From an uncultured Thermoleophilaceae bacterium (GTDB taxonomy: Bacteria; Actinomycetota; Thermoleophilia; Solirubrobacterales; Thermoleophilaceae), in NCBI GenBank assembly GCA_963819635.1, contig CAWFWX010000008.1, positions 26,595-90,594 on the forward strand: DNA of 64,000 bases, written 5' to 3'. A model generated the notes under the pieces. That model ran no database searches and was not told where the DNA came from. It saw only the letters and a list, made by a program, of their open reading frames with translations. Within the stretch, counting starts at the first letter, position 1. Each line of letters begins with the position of its first letter. Position numbers and translations under genes: made by a program. Below, in pieces: positions 22,147 to 30,903 of the stretch.

Positions 22147-22181
22147 CGGCGGCGGGGAACCTAGCGCAGCGCAGCCGTTGC

Positions 22182-23177
22182 TTACGGCTCGGCGTCGCGA
22201 AGCCGCTGCGCGGCGTCCTCCGGCGCCAGCACGTTGAGGTGCACGCCGGTGCCGATCTCGAGCCCGGCCAGCTGGGCGAGGCGCGGCATGATCTCGATTC
22301 GCCAGCAGAAGGTCGCGGCGTCCCGTGGAGCAGTGCGCACCCACATGTTGAGCGGCGGCAGCGTCCCGAGCGCGGCCCGCAGCCGGTTCAGCACCTGGTG
22401 GAGCAGCCGTCCCCCGAGCGGACCGTCGTCGGCGAACCGCGCGACGGGCCGCCGCGGCGCCAGCAGCAGGTGGAAGGGCACCCGCGCCGCGAACGGCGCG
22501 ATCGCGACCGCCTCGTCGTCGATCGCCACGATCCGCTCGCGCCGGCGCACCTCCTCCTGCACGAGGTCCTCGAGCAGGTTGCGGCCCTGGGTGCGGTCGA
22601 AATACGCCGTGAAGCGCTCGCGCTCCCGGGCCACCGCGGCCGGCACGAACGGCAGCGCGTAGAGCTGAGCATGCGTGTGCGGGAGTGACGCGCCCGCCTC
22701 CTTGCCCTCGTTCACGATCACGTGCACGTAGGCGGCGCCCGCGTGGGTGCGCATCCGCTCGCGCCAGACGGACATCGCCGTCTCGACCTGCTCGGGCCGC
22801 AGCTCGGCGAGCGACGTCACCGGATCGGGCGCATTCACGACCACCTCGTGCGCGCCGCGCGCCGGGCGGCTCGCGAACAGGTCCGGCTCGCCGCGCCCAG
22901 TCGCGAGCGGGTCGCCGTCCGCCTCGCCCATGCCGTCGTCGGAGGAGAGCGCCGGATAGAGATTGGGCACGACCCTCACCTGCCAGGCGCCGTTCTCACG
23001 TAGCGCGTAGACCTCCGGCGGGGTGCGGTCCTCGTGGCCGGCCGCGAACGGGTCGCTCTCCGGGTCGATCGGCTCCCGCGGCGCCACATCGAGGAACGCG
23101 CCCGGCCGCGAGCCGCGCTCGCCCGCGACGATCACGCGCAGGCCGGTGAGCGGGTCGAGGCGGAGCTCAGGGCTCAC
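22182..23177 (-). CDS. galT: galactose-1-phosphate uridylyltransferase (GalT, HIT superfamily)
   Basis: 331 aa: VRVVPNLYPAL, HEVVVN, ASLPHTHAQLYALPFVP (H-x-H-x-Q). Confidence 0.75.
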   Translation of the reverse strand: MSPELRLDPLTGLRVIVAGERGSRPGAFLDVAPREPIDPESDPFAAGHEDRTPPEVYALRENGAWQVRVVPNLYPALSSDDGMGEADGDPLATGRGEPDLFASRPARGAHEVVVNAPDPVTSLAELRPEQVETAMSVWRERMRTHAGAAYVHVIVNEGKEAGASLPHTHAQLYALPFVPAAVARERERFTAYFDRTQGRNLLEDLVQEEVRRRERIVAIDDEAVAIAPFAARVPFHLLLAPRRPVARFADDGPLGGRLLHQVLNRLRAALGTLPPLNMWVRTAPRDAATFCWRIEIMPRLAQLAGLEIGTGVHLNVLAPEDAAQRLRDAEP

Positions 23178-23596
23178 AGGCGCTTCTCCATCGCCACGTG
23201 CTCGATTCCCTCCTCCACGAACGTCGGACCGTACTCGCGATAGCCCGCGTTCTCGTAGAGGCTCTGCGCGTAGGTCTGGGCGTGGAGCGCGATCGCGTCC
23301 ACACCTGCCTCCAGCGCGATGCGGTCCGCCTCGCGAAGGATCGCGGCCGCGATCCCGTCGCCGCGCCGCTCCGGCTCGACCGCGAGCCTCCCCAAGCGCG
23401 CCACCTGCCCGCGGAAGAGCAGGCGGCAGGTCCCGATCACGGCGTCGTCGTCGACCGCGACTATGTGCGTCGCCTCGGGGTCACGGCCGTCCTGGTCGGC
23501 CTCGAACGAGACGCCCTGCTCGTCGCAGAACACCCGGGAGCGCAGCGCGAGCGCCGCTGTCACCTCGTCGTTCGTGAGTGCCTCGCGGACCTCCAC
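23174..23596 (-). CDS. GNAT family N-acetyltransferase
   Basis: GTG 23596. RLGRLAVEPERRGDGIAAAILREADRIALEAGVDAIALHAQ...YENAGY. The upstream part of ORF 23174..24028 is a shadow of the TlpA gene. Confidence 0.7.
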   Translation of the reverse strand: MEVREALTNDEVTAALALRSRVFCDEQGVSFEADQDGRDPEATHIVAVDDDAVIGTCRLLFRGQVARLGRLAVEPERRGDGIAAAILREADRIALEAGVDAIALHAQTYAQSLYENAGYREYGPTFVEEGIEHVAMEKRL

Positions 23597-23598
23597 CG

Positions 23599-24132
23599 TC
23601 AGCGGGCGTAGCGGTCGATGTCCTCCGCCAGGGCGTCCTCGCTCGCGTATCCGCCCTGGTGCACGAACGCCAGCTCGCCCTTCGAGTCGTAGAAGGCCGT
23701 GCTCGGGAAGGCCTGTACGGCGTTGAAGACGGCCGCGATCTCGAGCTTCGGGTCCTCGAAGTGCTTGTAGGGAACCGGCTCCTCCTTCAGGAACTCCTCC
23801 GCGTCGCCGCGGTTGTCGTTCGAGTTCACGCCGATGAAGAGCACCTCGCCCTTGCGCTTTTTGGCCTGGTCGCGGAAGAAGGGAAACTCGAGCCGGCAGG
23901 GACCGCACCAGCTGGCCCACTTGTTCACGACGATCGGCTTGCCGCGCTCGCGCTCCAGCACCTTCTCGAACCTGTCGGAGCCTCCAGGCACGAAGTTCGC
24001 GGACGGCGGCGCGTCGTCCGAGTTGCACCCGGCGAGGACCGAGAGGAGGAGGAATACGGCAGCCAGCCGGCGCACGGGCGGAAGGATGGCAGAGCCTCGG
24101 CTGACCCCATTTCGAATCACGGTGTGCTTCAA
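23599..24132 (-). CDS. thioredoxin-fold TlpA/ResA-like thiol-disulfide oxidoreductase lipoprotein
   Basis: Lipobox LLSVLAGC and the WASWCGPCRLEFP active site. Confidence 0.7.
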   Translation of the reverse strand: MKHTVIRNGVSRGSAILPPVRRLAAVFLLLSVLAGCNSDDAPPSANFVPGGSDRFEKVLERERGKPIVVNKWASWCGPCRLEFPFFRDQAKKRKGEVLFIGVNSNDNRGDAEEFLKEEPVPYKHFEDPKLEIAAVFNAVQAFPSTAFYDSKGELAFVHQGGYASEDALAEDIDRYAR

Positions 24133-24275
24133 TAGGTATACGCCAAGCGTCCTCCCAAGGGACCTGGTCCGTCGTTACTCGCGGGACTCAAGAGAACGAC
24201 GTTGGACCCCGGGCGTACCCAGCTGTCTCCTGACGAGCAGCTCGGCATGCCCCCTCTATTGAGATCGCCTTAACC

Positions 24276-26837
24276 ATGGCTCAGAGAAGCTCCGTGGCCG
24301 ATGCCTCGCCGGTCTCCGGCGATGACCTGAAGCGCGCCGAGGAATTTGCGCGTGAATCCTTCGTGCTCGAAGGCGAGGACGCCGCGACCGCCCTCGCCGC
24401 GAACAGCGCTCGCCGTGCGGCGCTCGACGCCGCGCTCAGGGAGCTGGACGCGGGCCGGACCGAGCCGTCCCTCGAGTGGCGGCGCGAGTTCTCGCTCATG
24501 CTCGGCCTGGAGCGGCTGCTCGCCGAGGACGAGCCGCATCTGGCCGATGGCACCACGCTTTCGGCCCATCAGGTCGACGCCCTGTCCGGCACGCTGATCG
24601 CGCTCGAGTCCGAGCTGCTGATCAGCCGCAACGGCAAGGGCGGCAGCGCGCTCGAGGAGCTCCACTCGGGCGAGGTCGAGCTCGAGGGCGACGAGCTGCC
24701 TGACGAAGAGCCGCTCGACTGGGACCCTGACGAGGAGGCCGAGGAGGAGGCGGCGAGCGAGGCCGTCGAGGAGGATCCGGGGGCGGCACGCCGCTTCTGG
24801 TTCGAGCACGCGACGGGGGCCGGCAAGACCGTGGCCGCGCTCGGCTTCGTGGAGGCCTCGCGCACGGGCGGCATCCTGATCCTGACCCACCGGCGCAATC
24901 TGGTGGACCAGTTCCTCGGCGAGCTGCGCGACCGCGGCTACAAGAAGCGCATCGCCGCCCCGCTGCTCAAGAACGGCGGCGGCGAGCCGCCCGCGGGCGG
25001 CCCCGTGACGGTCGAGACCTACCAGTGGTTCGTGCGCAACGCCGGCAAGGTCTCGGACGCCTACACGATCGTCATCTGCGACGAGGCGCACACCGCGCTC
25101 GGCGAGAAGACGAGCGCTTCGATCCGGCAGTGGATCGGTCCGGTGTTCGTGGGGATGACCGCGACCGGCGCGCTGATCGCGCGGCACGTGACGGACCTCT
25201 TCCCGACCCAGACGTCGCGCTTCGACCTCGCGCAGGCCGCGCGCCGCGGCGTGATCGCGCCGCTGCGCTCCGTGCGCATCCCGCCAGGGGTGGGCGTGCG
25301 CTCGATCGCCAACGTGCCACTCCGGCGCGGCGAGGTGGACCAGGACTTCGACCAGGAAGAGCTGGCCGCGCTGCTGGACCAGACGCCGTTCAACCTGGCG
25401 GTGGCCGACCTCTACAAGACCCGCTTCAGGGACCTCCCCGGGGTCGTCTATTCGGCCGGCGTGAAGCACGCCCACAACGTCGCCAAGGCCTTCCAGGACG
25501 CCGGGATGAAGGCGAAGGCCGTCTCGGGCGAGACGCCCAAGCGCGAGCTCACGCGCGTGCTCGCCGCCTACGAGCGCGGCGAGATCGACGTGCTCGTGAA
25601 CGCCCAGCTGCTCGCGGAGGGCTGGAACTCGCCCCGGGCCACGGTCTGCATGCACCTGGCTCCGACCGCCTCCAAGCGCATCTACCAGCAGCGCGTGGGC
25701 CGCGTGACTCGCCGCACTCCCGGCAAGGAGTCGGGGATCGTCGTGGACTTCGTGCACCCCGCCACGCCCAACGACGACCCGGTCGTGACGCTCCACTCGC
25801 TGCTCGACCGCGACGTGTACCGCGGCGGGGCGATCGTCGTCGGCCCGGTTCGCCGCGGGCGCGGCCGCCGGCTCCGCGTGGAGCGCCGCGTCGTGCCGGT
25901 CACGGCGGATGCCGAGCGGCGCGCGCAGGTGTTCGAGCGCGAGCTGTGGCGGATCGCCGTCGAGCACCTGAGCTGGGGCGAGCAGCAGGCGTGGGCGATG
26001 CTGGCCGGCGCGCGCGTGGCGTCGAACAACTGGCGCCGGGCGAAGGCGATGCTCCACTTCGACTCGACCGGCGAGCTGCGGCGGCTGTTCCTGGTCACCT
26101 GCCTGCGCCGCAACCGCAACACACAGCTGCGCGTGCGGGCGCTCGGCGAGGTCGGCAACCTGCGCGACGCGGAGGCGTTCGACGACGCCGTCGAGATCGT
26201 GGGCGGCTGGTCGCGCGACGAGCGGCGCGAGGGCGTGAAGGTGCTGCTCCAGGCACTGACCGAGCGCCAGATCGGCCGCCGCGACCAGGCCGCGCGCTGG
26301 CTGTGGCACCTGGCGGAGTACTCGCGCGAGGTCCACGAGGAATATGCCGTGCAACGGTGGCCGGAGACCAAGCGCCTCCTGGGCCTGCTCGTCAACTCCG
26401 CTGGGGCGGCGCACGCCCGCAACGCGCGCCGGCTGGTCCAGGCGGCACGCAAGCAGGACAGGCGCCTGTCGGCGGCGCTGCTCGCGGCGGCGCTCGCGCA
26501 CACGCCGGAAGCCCAGCAGGTGCTGGACGGAGCGCGGATGCGCATGGCCCGCAAGCCGAGCGCGCTGGCGCGCGAGCTGCTGCGGAACTTCCCGAAGGGC
26601 AAGCGCCGCCGCGGCGGCCGCCGGCGCAAGAAGAAGGGCGCGGGCGAGTCGAACGGCGCGCCGGACGCCGTGACCGCGAAGGGCGGCGCCGCAGTGGACG
26701 ACGACTCCACGGACGCGCCCGACGTCGAAGTGAACGGCAGCGGTGAGGGCGGCGACGAGTCCGGCGGGGACGAGCCCGGCTGGGGATCCGGCTCGGACGC
26801 CGCCGACCGCGACTCCGCCGACCGCGACGCGGCCTAG
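24276..26837 (+). CDS. superfamily-2 DEAD/DEAH-box (ResIII-type) helicase with long C-terminal domain and charged low-complexity tail
   Basis: 853 aa: HATGAGKTVAALGF (motif I), VICDEAH (motif II), MTAT (III), QRVGRVTRR (VI), tail KGKRRRGGRRRKKKG...DESGGDEPG. Confidence 0.75.
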   Translation: MAQRSSVADASPVSGDDLKRAEEFARESFVLEGEDAATALAANSARRAALDAALRELDAGRTEPSLEWRREFSLMLGLERLLAEDEPHLADGTTLSAHQVDALSGTLIALESELLISRNGKGGSALEELHSGEVELEGDELPDEEPLDWDPDEEAEEEAASEAVEEDPGAARRFWFEHATGAGKTVAALGFVEASRTGGILILTHRRNLVDQFLGELRDRGYKKRIAAPLLKNGGGEPPAGGPVTVETYQWFVRNAGKVSDAYTIVICDEAHTALGEKTSASIRQWIGPVFVGMTATGALIARHVTDLFPTQTSRFDLAQAARRGVIAPLRSVRIPPGVGVRSIANVPLRRGEVDQDFDQEELAALLDQTPFNLAVADLYKTRFRDLPGVVYSAGVKHAHNVAKAFQDAGMKAKAVSGETPKRELTRVLAAYERGEIDVLVNAQLLAEGWNSPRATVCMHLAPTASKRIYQQRVGRVTRRTPGKESGIVVDFVHPATPNDDPVVTLHSLLDRDVYRGGAIVVGPVRRGRGRRLRVERRVVPVTADAERRAQVFERELWRIAVEHLSWGEQQAWAMLAGARVASNNWRRAKAMLHFDSTGELRRLFLVTCLRRNRNTQLRVRALGEVGNLRDAEAFDDAVEIVGGWSRDERREGVKVLLQALTERQIGRRDQAARWLWHLAEYSREVHEEYAVQRWPETKRLLGLLVNSAGAAHARNARRLVQAARKQDRRLSAALLAAALAHTPEAQQVLDGARMRMARKPSALARELLRNFPKGKRRRGGRRRKKKGAGESNGAPDAVTAKGGAAVDDDSTDAPDVEVNGSGEGGDESGGDEPGWGSGSDAADRDSADRDAA

Positions 26838-26866
26838 CCGCGCCGGCTCGTCGGCCTCGCCCGCCG

Positions 26867-26911
26867 GGTGCCACGAGAAACCCATGACAGTCATGGGAAA
26901 GTCGTGGCACC
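26867..26911. repeat. 45-bp nested palindrome, copy A (GGTGCCACGAGAAACCCATGACAGTCATGGGAAAGTCGTGGCACC)
   Basis: Outer stem GGTGCCACGA/TCGTGGCACC and inner stem CCCATGAC/GTCATGGG. It lies between the convergent helicase and birA genes. The same element is at 52974-53018 in inverse orientation. Confidence 0.85.
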
Positions 26912-26919
26912 GCGAGGAC

Positions 26920-27592
26920 CTAACGCAGCAGGTGCACTTCTCCCGCGTCGAGTGTGACGCGACCGTTCCCTGTCTCCACCACGAGCGCGCCTGAGTCGTC
27001 GATCCCGTCGGCGATGCCCTCGCCGTCCGCCCAGCGAATCCGCTCACCCTTCAATGCGTCCAGCTCGCGCCAGGCGGCCAGCACCGTGGCGTGCGGAGCG
27101 CCGAGCCAGCTGGTCCAGCGAGCGGACCAGCTCCGCGAGCACTCGCTCGGGGGTGGAGTCCACTCCGGCCAGCCGCAGCGAGGTCGCGCTCTCGGCAAGC
27201 TCCGCCGGGAAGGCGTCCGTCGTCACGTTCAGGCCGATGCCCAGCACCGCCCACCCCTCCTGTGGCCGTCCCTCCACCAGGATCCCGGCGACCTTGCGCC
27301 CGTCGATCCAGACGTCGTTCGGCCACTTGATCGCCGCCTGCGCCGGCAGCGCCTCGCAGACGGCGACCGCGGCGCCGATCGGCAGCAGCTCGTCCAGCTC
27401 GCGCAGCACAAGTGACATCAGGAGCGCCGAGCCGGCGGGCGCCGTCCAGGCGCGGCCCTGGCGGCCGCGTCCCGCGGACTGCTCGTCGGCGGTCACGAGC
27501 GTGCCGTGCGGCGCGCCCGCGATCGCGAGCTCCTTGGCGCGCTCGTTCGTGGAGTCCGTGAGGCGGTGGTGTACGCGCGGCGTTCCGATCAT
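26920..27592 (-). pseudogene. birA: biotin-[acetyl-CoA-carboxylase] ligase BirA, single frame change near 27115-27125
   Basis: TADEQSAGRGRQGRAWTAPAG and IKWPNDVWIDGRKVAGILVE (ORF 27044..27592). The C-terminus WLGAPHATVLAAWRELDALKGERIRW...GALVVETGNGRVTLDAGEVHLL is in ORF 26920..27198. Confidence 0.75.
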
Positions 27593-28389
27593 TGCGGGCG
27601 CAGTCGCACCTCCGCGTCGACGCCGAGGCCGAGCGTTGCCGCCGCGTCGCCGCGGTTGATCGCGAGCGCGAGGGTGCGGTAGGCGTCCTGGTACACGAGC
27701 AGCTCGCCGGGGCTCACGTCCGCGAAGGTGTGGGCGTAGGTGGCTCTGTAGCGCTCTCCGTGGGCCTCGACCGTGACCTGGCCGCCGAGCGTGATGCCGG
27801 TGCCCGCCAGCCGGTCATGGTCGACGTTGAGGCCGACATTGCCGAAGCGGTCGATCACGAGTGCGTGGGCCACGACCGCGCCGTCCTCCTCGCGGGGGGC
27901 TGGCAGCTCGACCCGCGCGAGCGAATCCGGGTCGAGAGGGTCGCCGGCGTCCGCCAGCTCGGCCCCGGAGGCCAGGTGGGCCGCCACCGGCGCGAAGATG
28001 TCCCGCCCGTGGAAGGTCGCCGAGACCGGCTCGAGCCGGTGCGGCGAGCGGGTCACGTCCACCGCGAGCGCGACCCCGTCGCAGCGCTCCCAGGCGAGGC
28101 TGAGCAGCCCGTTGTCCGGCCCCACCAGCAGGCGGCCGTCACCGGTGCGAAGGGCGATCGCGCGGCGTTCGGTGCCCACCTGCGGGTCCACCACCGCCAC
28201 GTGCACGCCGACCGGCATGTAGGGGAGCGTGTTCCGGAGGACGAGTGCTCCCTGGCGCACCGCGTAGCGATCGATGCCGTGGGTGATGTCGACGATCTCG
28301 GCCCCGGGGTGGATCCCGCGAATCACCCCGTGGCAGACCCCGACGAAGTCGTCGTCGCGGCCGTAGTCCGTGAGCAGCGTGACGATCAC
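27589..28389 (-). CDS. SAM hydrolase / SAM-dependent halogenase family (DUF62) protein
   Basis: MIVTLLTDYGRDDDFVGVCHGVI, VAVVDPQVG, TFHGRDIFAPVAAHLA. Confidence 0.7.
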   Translation of the reverse strand: MIVTLLTDYGRDDDFVGVCHGVIRGIHPGAEIVDITHGIDRYAVRQGALVLRNTLPYMPVGVHVAVVDPQVGTERRAIALRTGDGRLLVGPDNGLLSLAWERCDGVALAVDVTRSPHRLEPVSATFHGRDIFAPVAAHLASGAELADAGDPLDPDSLARVELPAPREEDGAVVAHALVIDRFGNVGLNVDHDRLAGTGITLGGQVTVEAHGERYRATYAHTFADVSPGELLVYQDAYRTLALAINRGDAAATLGLGVDAEVRLRPQ

Positions 28390-29945
28390 GCGGGCACCCG
28401 GCGGCGCGCGGCGTCGCCGGTCAGCGCGTCGACGAGGCCGTCGATGTCGTGGCGCTCGGCCTCCACGTCGACCGTGAGCCCGAGCTCCTCGGCGGTGGCC
28501 GAGGTGACCGGGCCGATGGAGACGATGCGGGCGGTCGCGGGAGGACGCGCGCCCGAGTCGAGGAGGAAGCGGACGGTCGAGCTCGAGGTGAAGGTCACGT
28601 AGGTGGCGCGCTCGAGGGCGGCGAGCTGGGCGTCGCTCAGCGGCTCGGCCACGGTCTCGTACAGCGCCACGTCGTCGACCTCGGCGCCGCGCTCGCGCAG
28701 GGCATCGGGGAGAACCGACCGCGCCTCGGCCGCCCGCGCCACCAGGACGCGCCGCCCCTCGACCTCGACCTGCCCCAGCGCCTCCACGAGCGCCTCCGCG
28801 ACGAACCGCTCCGGAACCACGTCCGCCCGGATCCCATGACGAACGAGCTCCGCGGCGGTGCCCGGCCCGATGGCGGCGACCGTTGCTCCGGCAAGCGCGC
28901 GGGCATCGCGCCCGCCCGCGTGGGCCCCGACCGCGCTCGCTTCGCCCCCGCGCGCGTCCCCTTCGCCCCCGCCCAGCGCGTCGAAGAAAAGTCGCACTCC
29001 GTTGGGACTCGTGAAGCAGACGAGCGCGTACTCGTCGATCCGGTCGAGCGCGTCGCGCAACTCGCCCTCCACCGGGCGCGGCTCGATTCGGATCGCGGGC
29101 GTCTCGACCACCTCGGCGCCAAGGTCTCTGAGCCGCTCGGCCAACCCGCTCGCCTGCGCGCGGGCGCGCGTGACCGCCACCACCTCGCCGTGGAGCTGGC
29201 GCCCCTCCAGCCAGGCGATGGTCTCGCGGAGCCCGGCGACCGCACCAACGATGGTGATCGCCGGCGCCCGGACCTCCTCGACCTCCACGCGAGCGGCGAT
29301 GCCCTCGAGCGCGTCGACGATCACCCGCTGGCCGGGATGGGTGCCGCGCTCGACCACGGCGACCGCTTCGTGCGGATCGCGGCCGGCTGCCACGAGCCTC
29401 TCGGCGATCCGAGGCAGCTGCCTGACCCCCATGTAGAAGACGAGCGTGCCCGGGAAGCGCGCGAGCGCGTCCCAGTCGAGCGCGGACTCCGGCTTCTCCG
29501 GATCCTCGTGGCCGGTGACGAACGCGACGGCCGACGCGGCGTCGCGGTGGGTGACCGGGATGCCCGCGTAGGCGGACGCCGCCACGCCCGCGGTCACGCC
29601 CGGTACGACCTCGAACGGGACGCCGGCCGCGGCCAGCGCCTCGGCCTCCTCGCCGCCGCGCCCGAAGACGAACGGATCGCCTCCCTTCAGCCGCACCACG
29701 CGCTTGCCGGCGCGGGCGAGCTCCACGAGCAGGGCGTTCGTCTCTTCCTGCGTGAGGGCCGGGGCGCCCGGCTCCTTGCCCACATAGCGCAGCTCGGCGT
29801 CCGCTCGCGCCCCGTCGAGCGCGCCCGGGGGGATCAGCCGGTCGTAGAGAATCGCGTCCGCGGCCGCGATGAGGTCCAGCGACCGGCGCGTCATGAGCCC
29901 CGGATCGCCGGGCCCGGCGCCCACGAGGTAGACGATGCCGCTCAC
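28386..29945 (-). CDS. cobA/hemD: fused uroporphyrinogen-III C-methyltransferase / uroporphyrinogen-III synthase
   Basis: GTG 29945. VYLVGAGPGDPGLMT, RLKGGDPFVFGRGGEE and VVPGVTAG (SUMT domain), followed by a HemD-like half. Confidence 0.85.
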   Translation of the reverse strand: MSGIVYLVGAGPGDPGLMTRRSLDLIAAADAILYDRLIPPGALDGARADAELRYVGKEPGAPALTQEETNALLVELARAGKRVVRLKGGDPFVFGRGGEEAEALAAAGVPFEVVPGVTAGVAASAYAGIPVTHRDAASAVAFVTGHEDPEKPESALDWDALARFPGTLVFYMGVRQLPRIAERLVAAGRDPHEAVAVVERGTHPGQRVIVDALEGIAARVEVEEVRAPAITIVGAVAGLRETIAWLEGRQLHGEVVAVTRARAQASGLAERLRDLGAEVVETPAIRIEPRPVEGELRDALDRIDEYALVCFTSPNGVRLFFDALGGGEGDARGGEASAVGAHAGGRDARALAGATVAAIGPGTAAELVRHGIRADVVPERFVAEALVEALGQVEVEGRRVLVARAAEARSVLPDALRERGAEVDDVALYETVAEPLSDAQLAALERATYVTFTSSSTVRFLLDSGARPPATARIVSIGPVTSATAEELGLTVDVEAERHDIDGLVDALTGDAARRRVPA

Positions 29946-29955
29946 GCGGAGAACG

Positions 29956-30903
29956 CTATCCGGCGGCCACCGCGCGCTCGGCCTCCGCGAGCAGCTCGTC
30001 GGCGCCCGCGGCGCGCAGCCGGTCAGCGACGTGGCGGCCGACCAGATCCGTGGCGTGCGGATATGGCATCTCGAGCTCGTCGCGTATCCACCGCGATCCG
30101 TCGGGAAGCCCGACGAACGCCACAACGCGGATCGACTCCTCGCCACGCACCACCGCGTGCACGCCGATGGGCGTGTTGCAGGTCGCCTGCAGGAGGCGCA
30201 CGACGTTCCGCTCCTCGTGCAGACACATGTCCGTCATGTCGGTCTTGACGCCCCACATGCCCGGGAACCCCGAGAGCGCCTCGTTGCCCGGCTCGTCCGC
30301 GTCGCGGATCTGCACGGCGAGGCAGCCCTGACCGGCAGCCGGCACGAACACGGCGGGGTCCAGCGGGGCTCCCTCATCGCCTCGCCCGAGCCGGTCGAGG
30401 CCGGCCTGTGCAAGCACGATCGCGTCGAAGTCGCCATCGGACAACCGCCTGAGGCGCGTGTCGACGTTGCCTCGAAGGTCACGAACGTCGAGGTCAGGTC
30501 GTACCGCGGACAGCAGCGCGCGCCGGCGAAGGCTCGATGTTCCGACGACCGCGCCCTCCGAGAGCTCGTCGAGCGAGTGGGCCCCGCAGAGGGTGTCGCG
30601 GGGATCGGCACGGCCCGGGAGCGCGTACAGGAGCAGACCGTGGGGAAAGTCCGCGGGCACGTCCTTCGCCGAGTGCACCGCCACGTCGATCTCACCGGAG
30701 AGCAGCGCCTCCTCGAGCTCCTTCACAAAGCGCGACTTGTCAGGGGTCAGACCCCTTGAGTCAGGTGCACTTAAGGGGTCAGACCCCTTATGGTCACCCG
30801 TCGTAGTGATCGGCACGATCTCCACCTCGCCCGCCAGCCGCTCGGCCACCCAGCGGGCCTGAGCGAGGGCCAGTGCGCTGCCGCGCGTGCCGAGTCTGAT
30901 CAC
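29956..30903 (-). CDS. hemC: hydroxymethylbilane synthase (porphobilinogen deaminase) carrying an in-frame palindromic-repeat segment
   Basis: IRLGTRGSALALAQARWV, FVKELEEALLSGEIDVAVHSAKDVP, GTSSLRR, LRGNVDTRL, AAGQG. The TTGD...FVKELE linker is about 6 aa longer than in E. coli HemC. Confidence 0.85.
   Translation of the reverse strand: MIRLGTRGSALALAQARWVAERLAGEVEIVPITTTGDHKGSDPLSAPDSRGLTPDKSRFVKELEEALLSGEIDVAVHSAKDVPADFPHGLLLYALPGRADPRDTLCGAHSLDELSEGAVVGTSSLRRRALLSAVRPDLDVRDLRGNVDTRLRRLSDGDFDAIVLAQAGLDRLGRGDEGAPLDPAVFVPAAGQGCLAVQIRDADEPGNEALSGFPGMWGVKTDMTDMCLHEERNVVRLLQATCNTPIGVHAVVRGEESIRVVAFVGLPDGSRWIRDELEMPYPHATDLVGRHVADRLRAAGADELLAEAERAVAAG
30742..30790. repeat. two GGGGTC-A-GACCCC palindromes (15 bp at 30742-30756 and 19 bp at 30772-30790) inside the hemC coding sequence
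   Basis: AGGGGTCAGACCCCT and TAAGGGGTCAGACCCCTTA. On the coding strand a 19-nt string, CTCAAGGGGTCTGACCCCT, is identical to 60577-60595. Confidence 0.85.

Noticed and set aside
24276-26837. SF2 helicase as part of an anti-phage defence system
   Set aside because: It is a stand-alone gene with no adjacent nuclease, methyltransferase, ATPase partner or other defence hallmark. Its neighbours are housekeeping genes (TlpA, GNAT, birA).
24270-27047. 925-aa ORF on the minus strand, the longest in the track
   Set aside because: It is antisense to the well-supported helicase gene. Its translation is Arg/Ala/Gly/Pro-rich with no motifs, which marks it as a typical high-GC shadow ORF. The same applies to 19109..20515(+), 38151..39713(+), 43586..45349(-), 57263..59359(-), 59053..60522(-), 6940..8973(-) and most other long overlapping ORFs.
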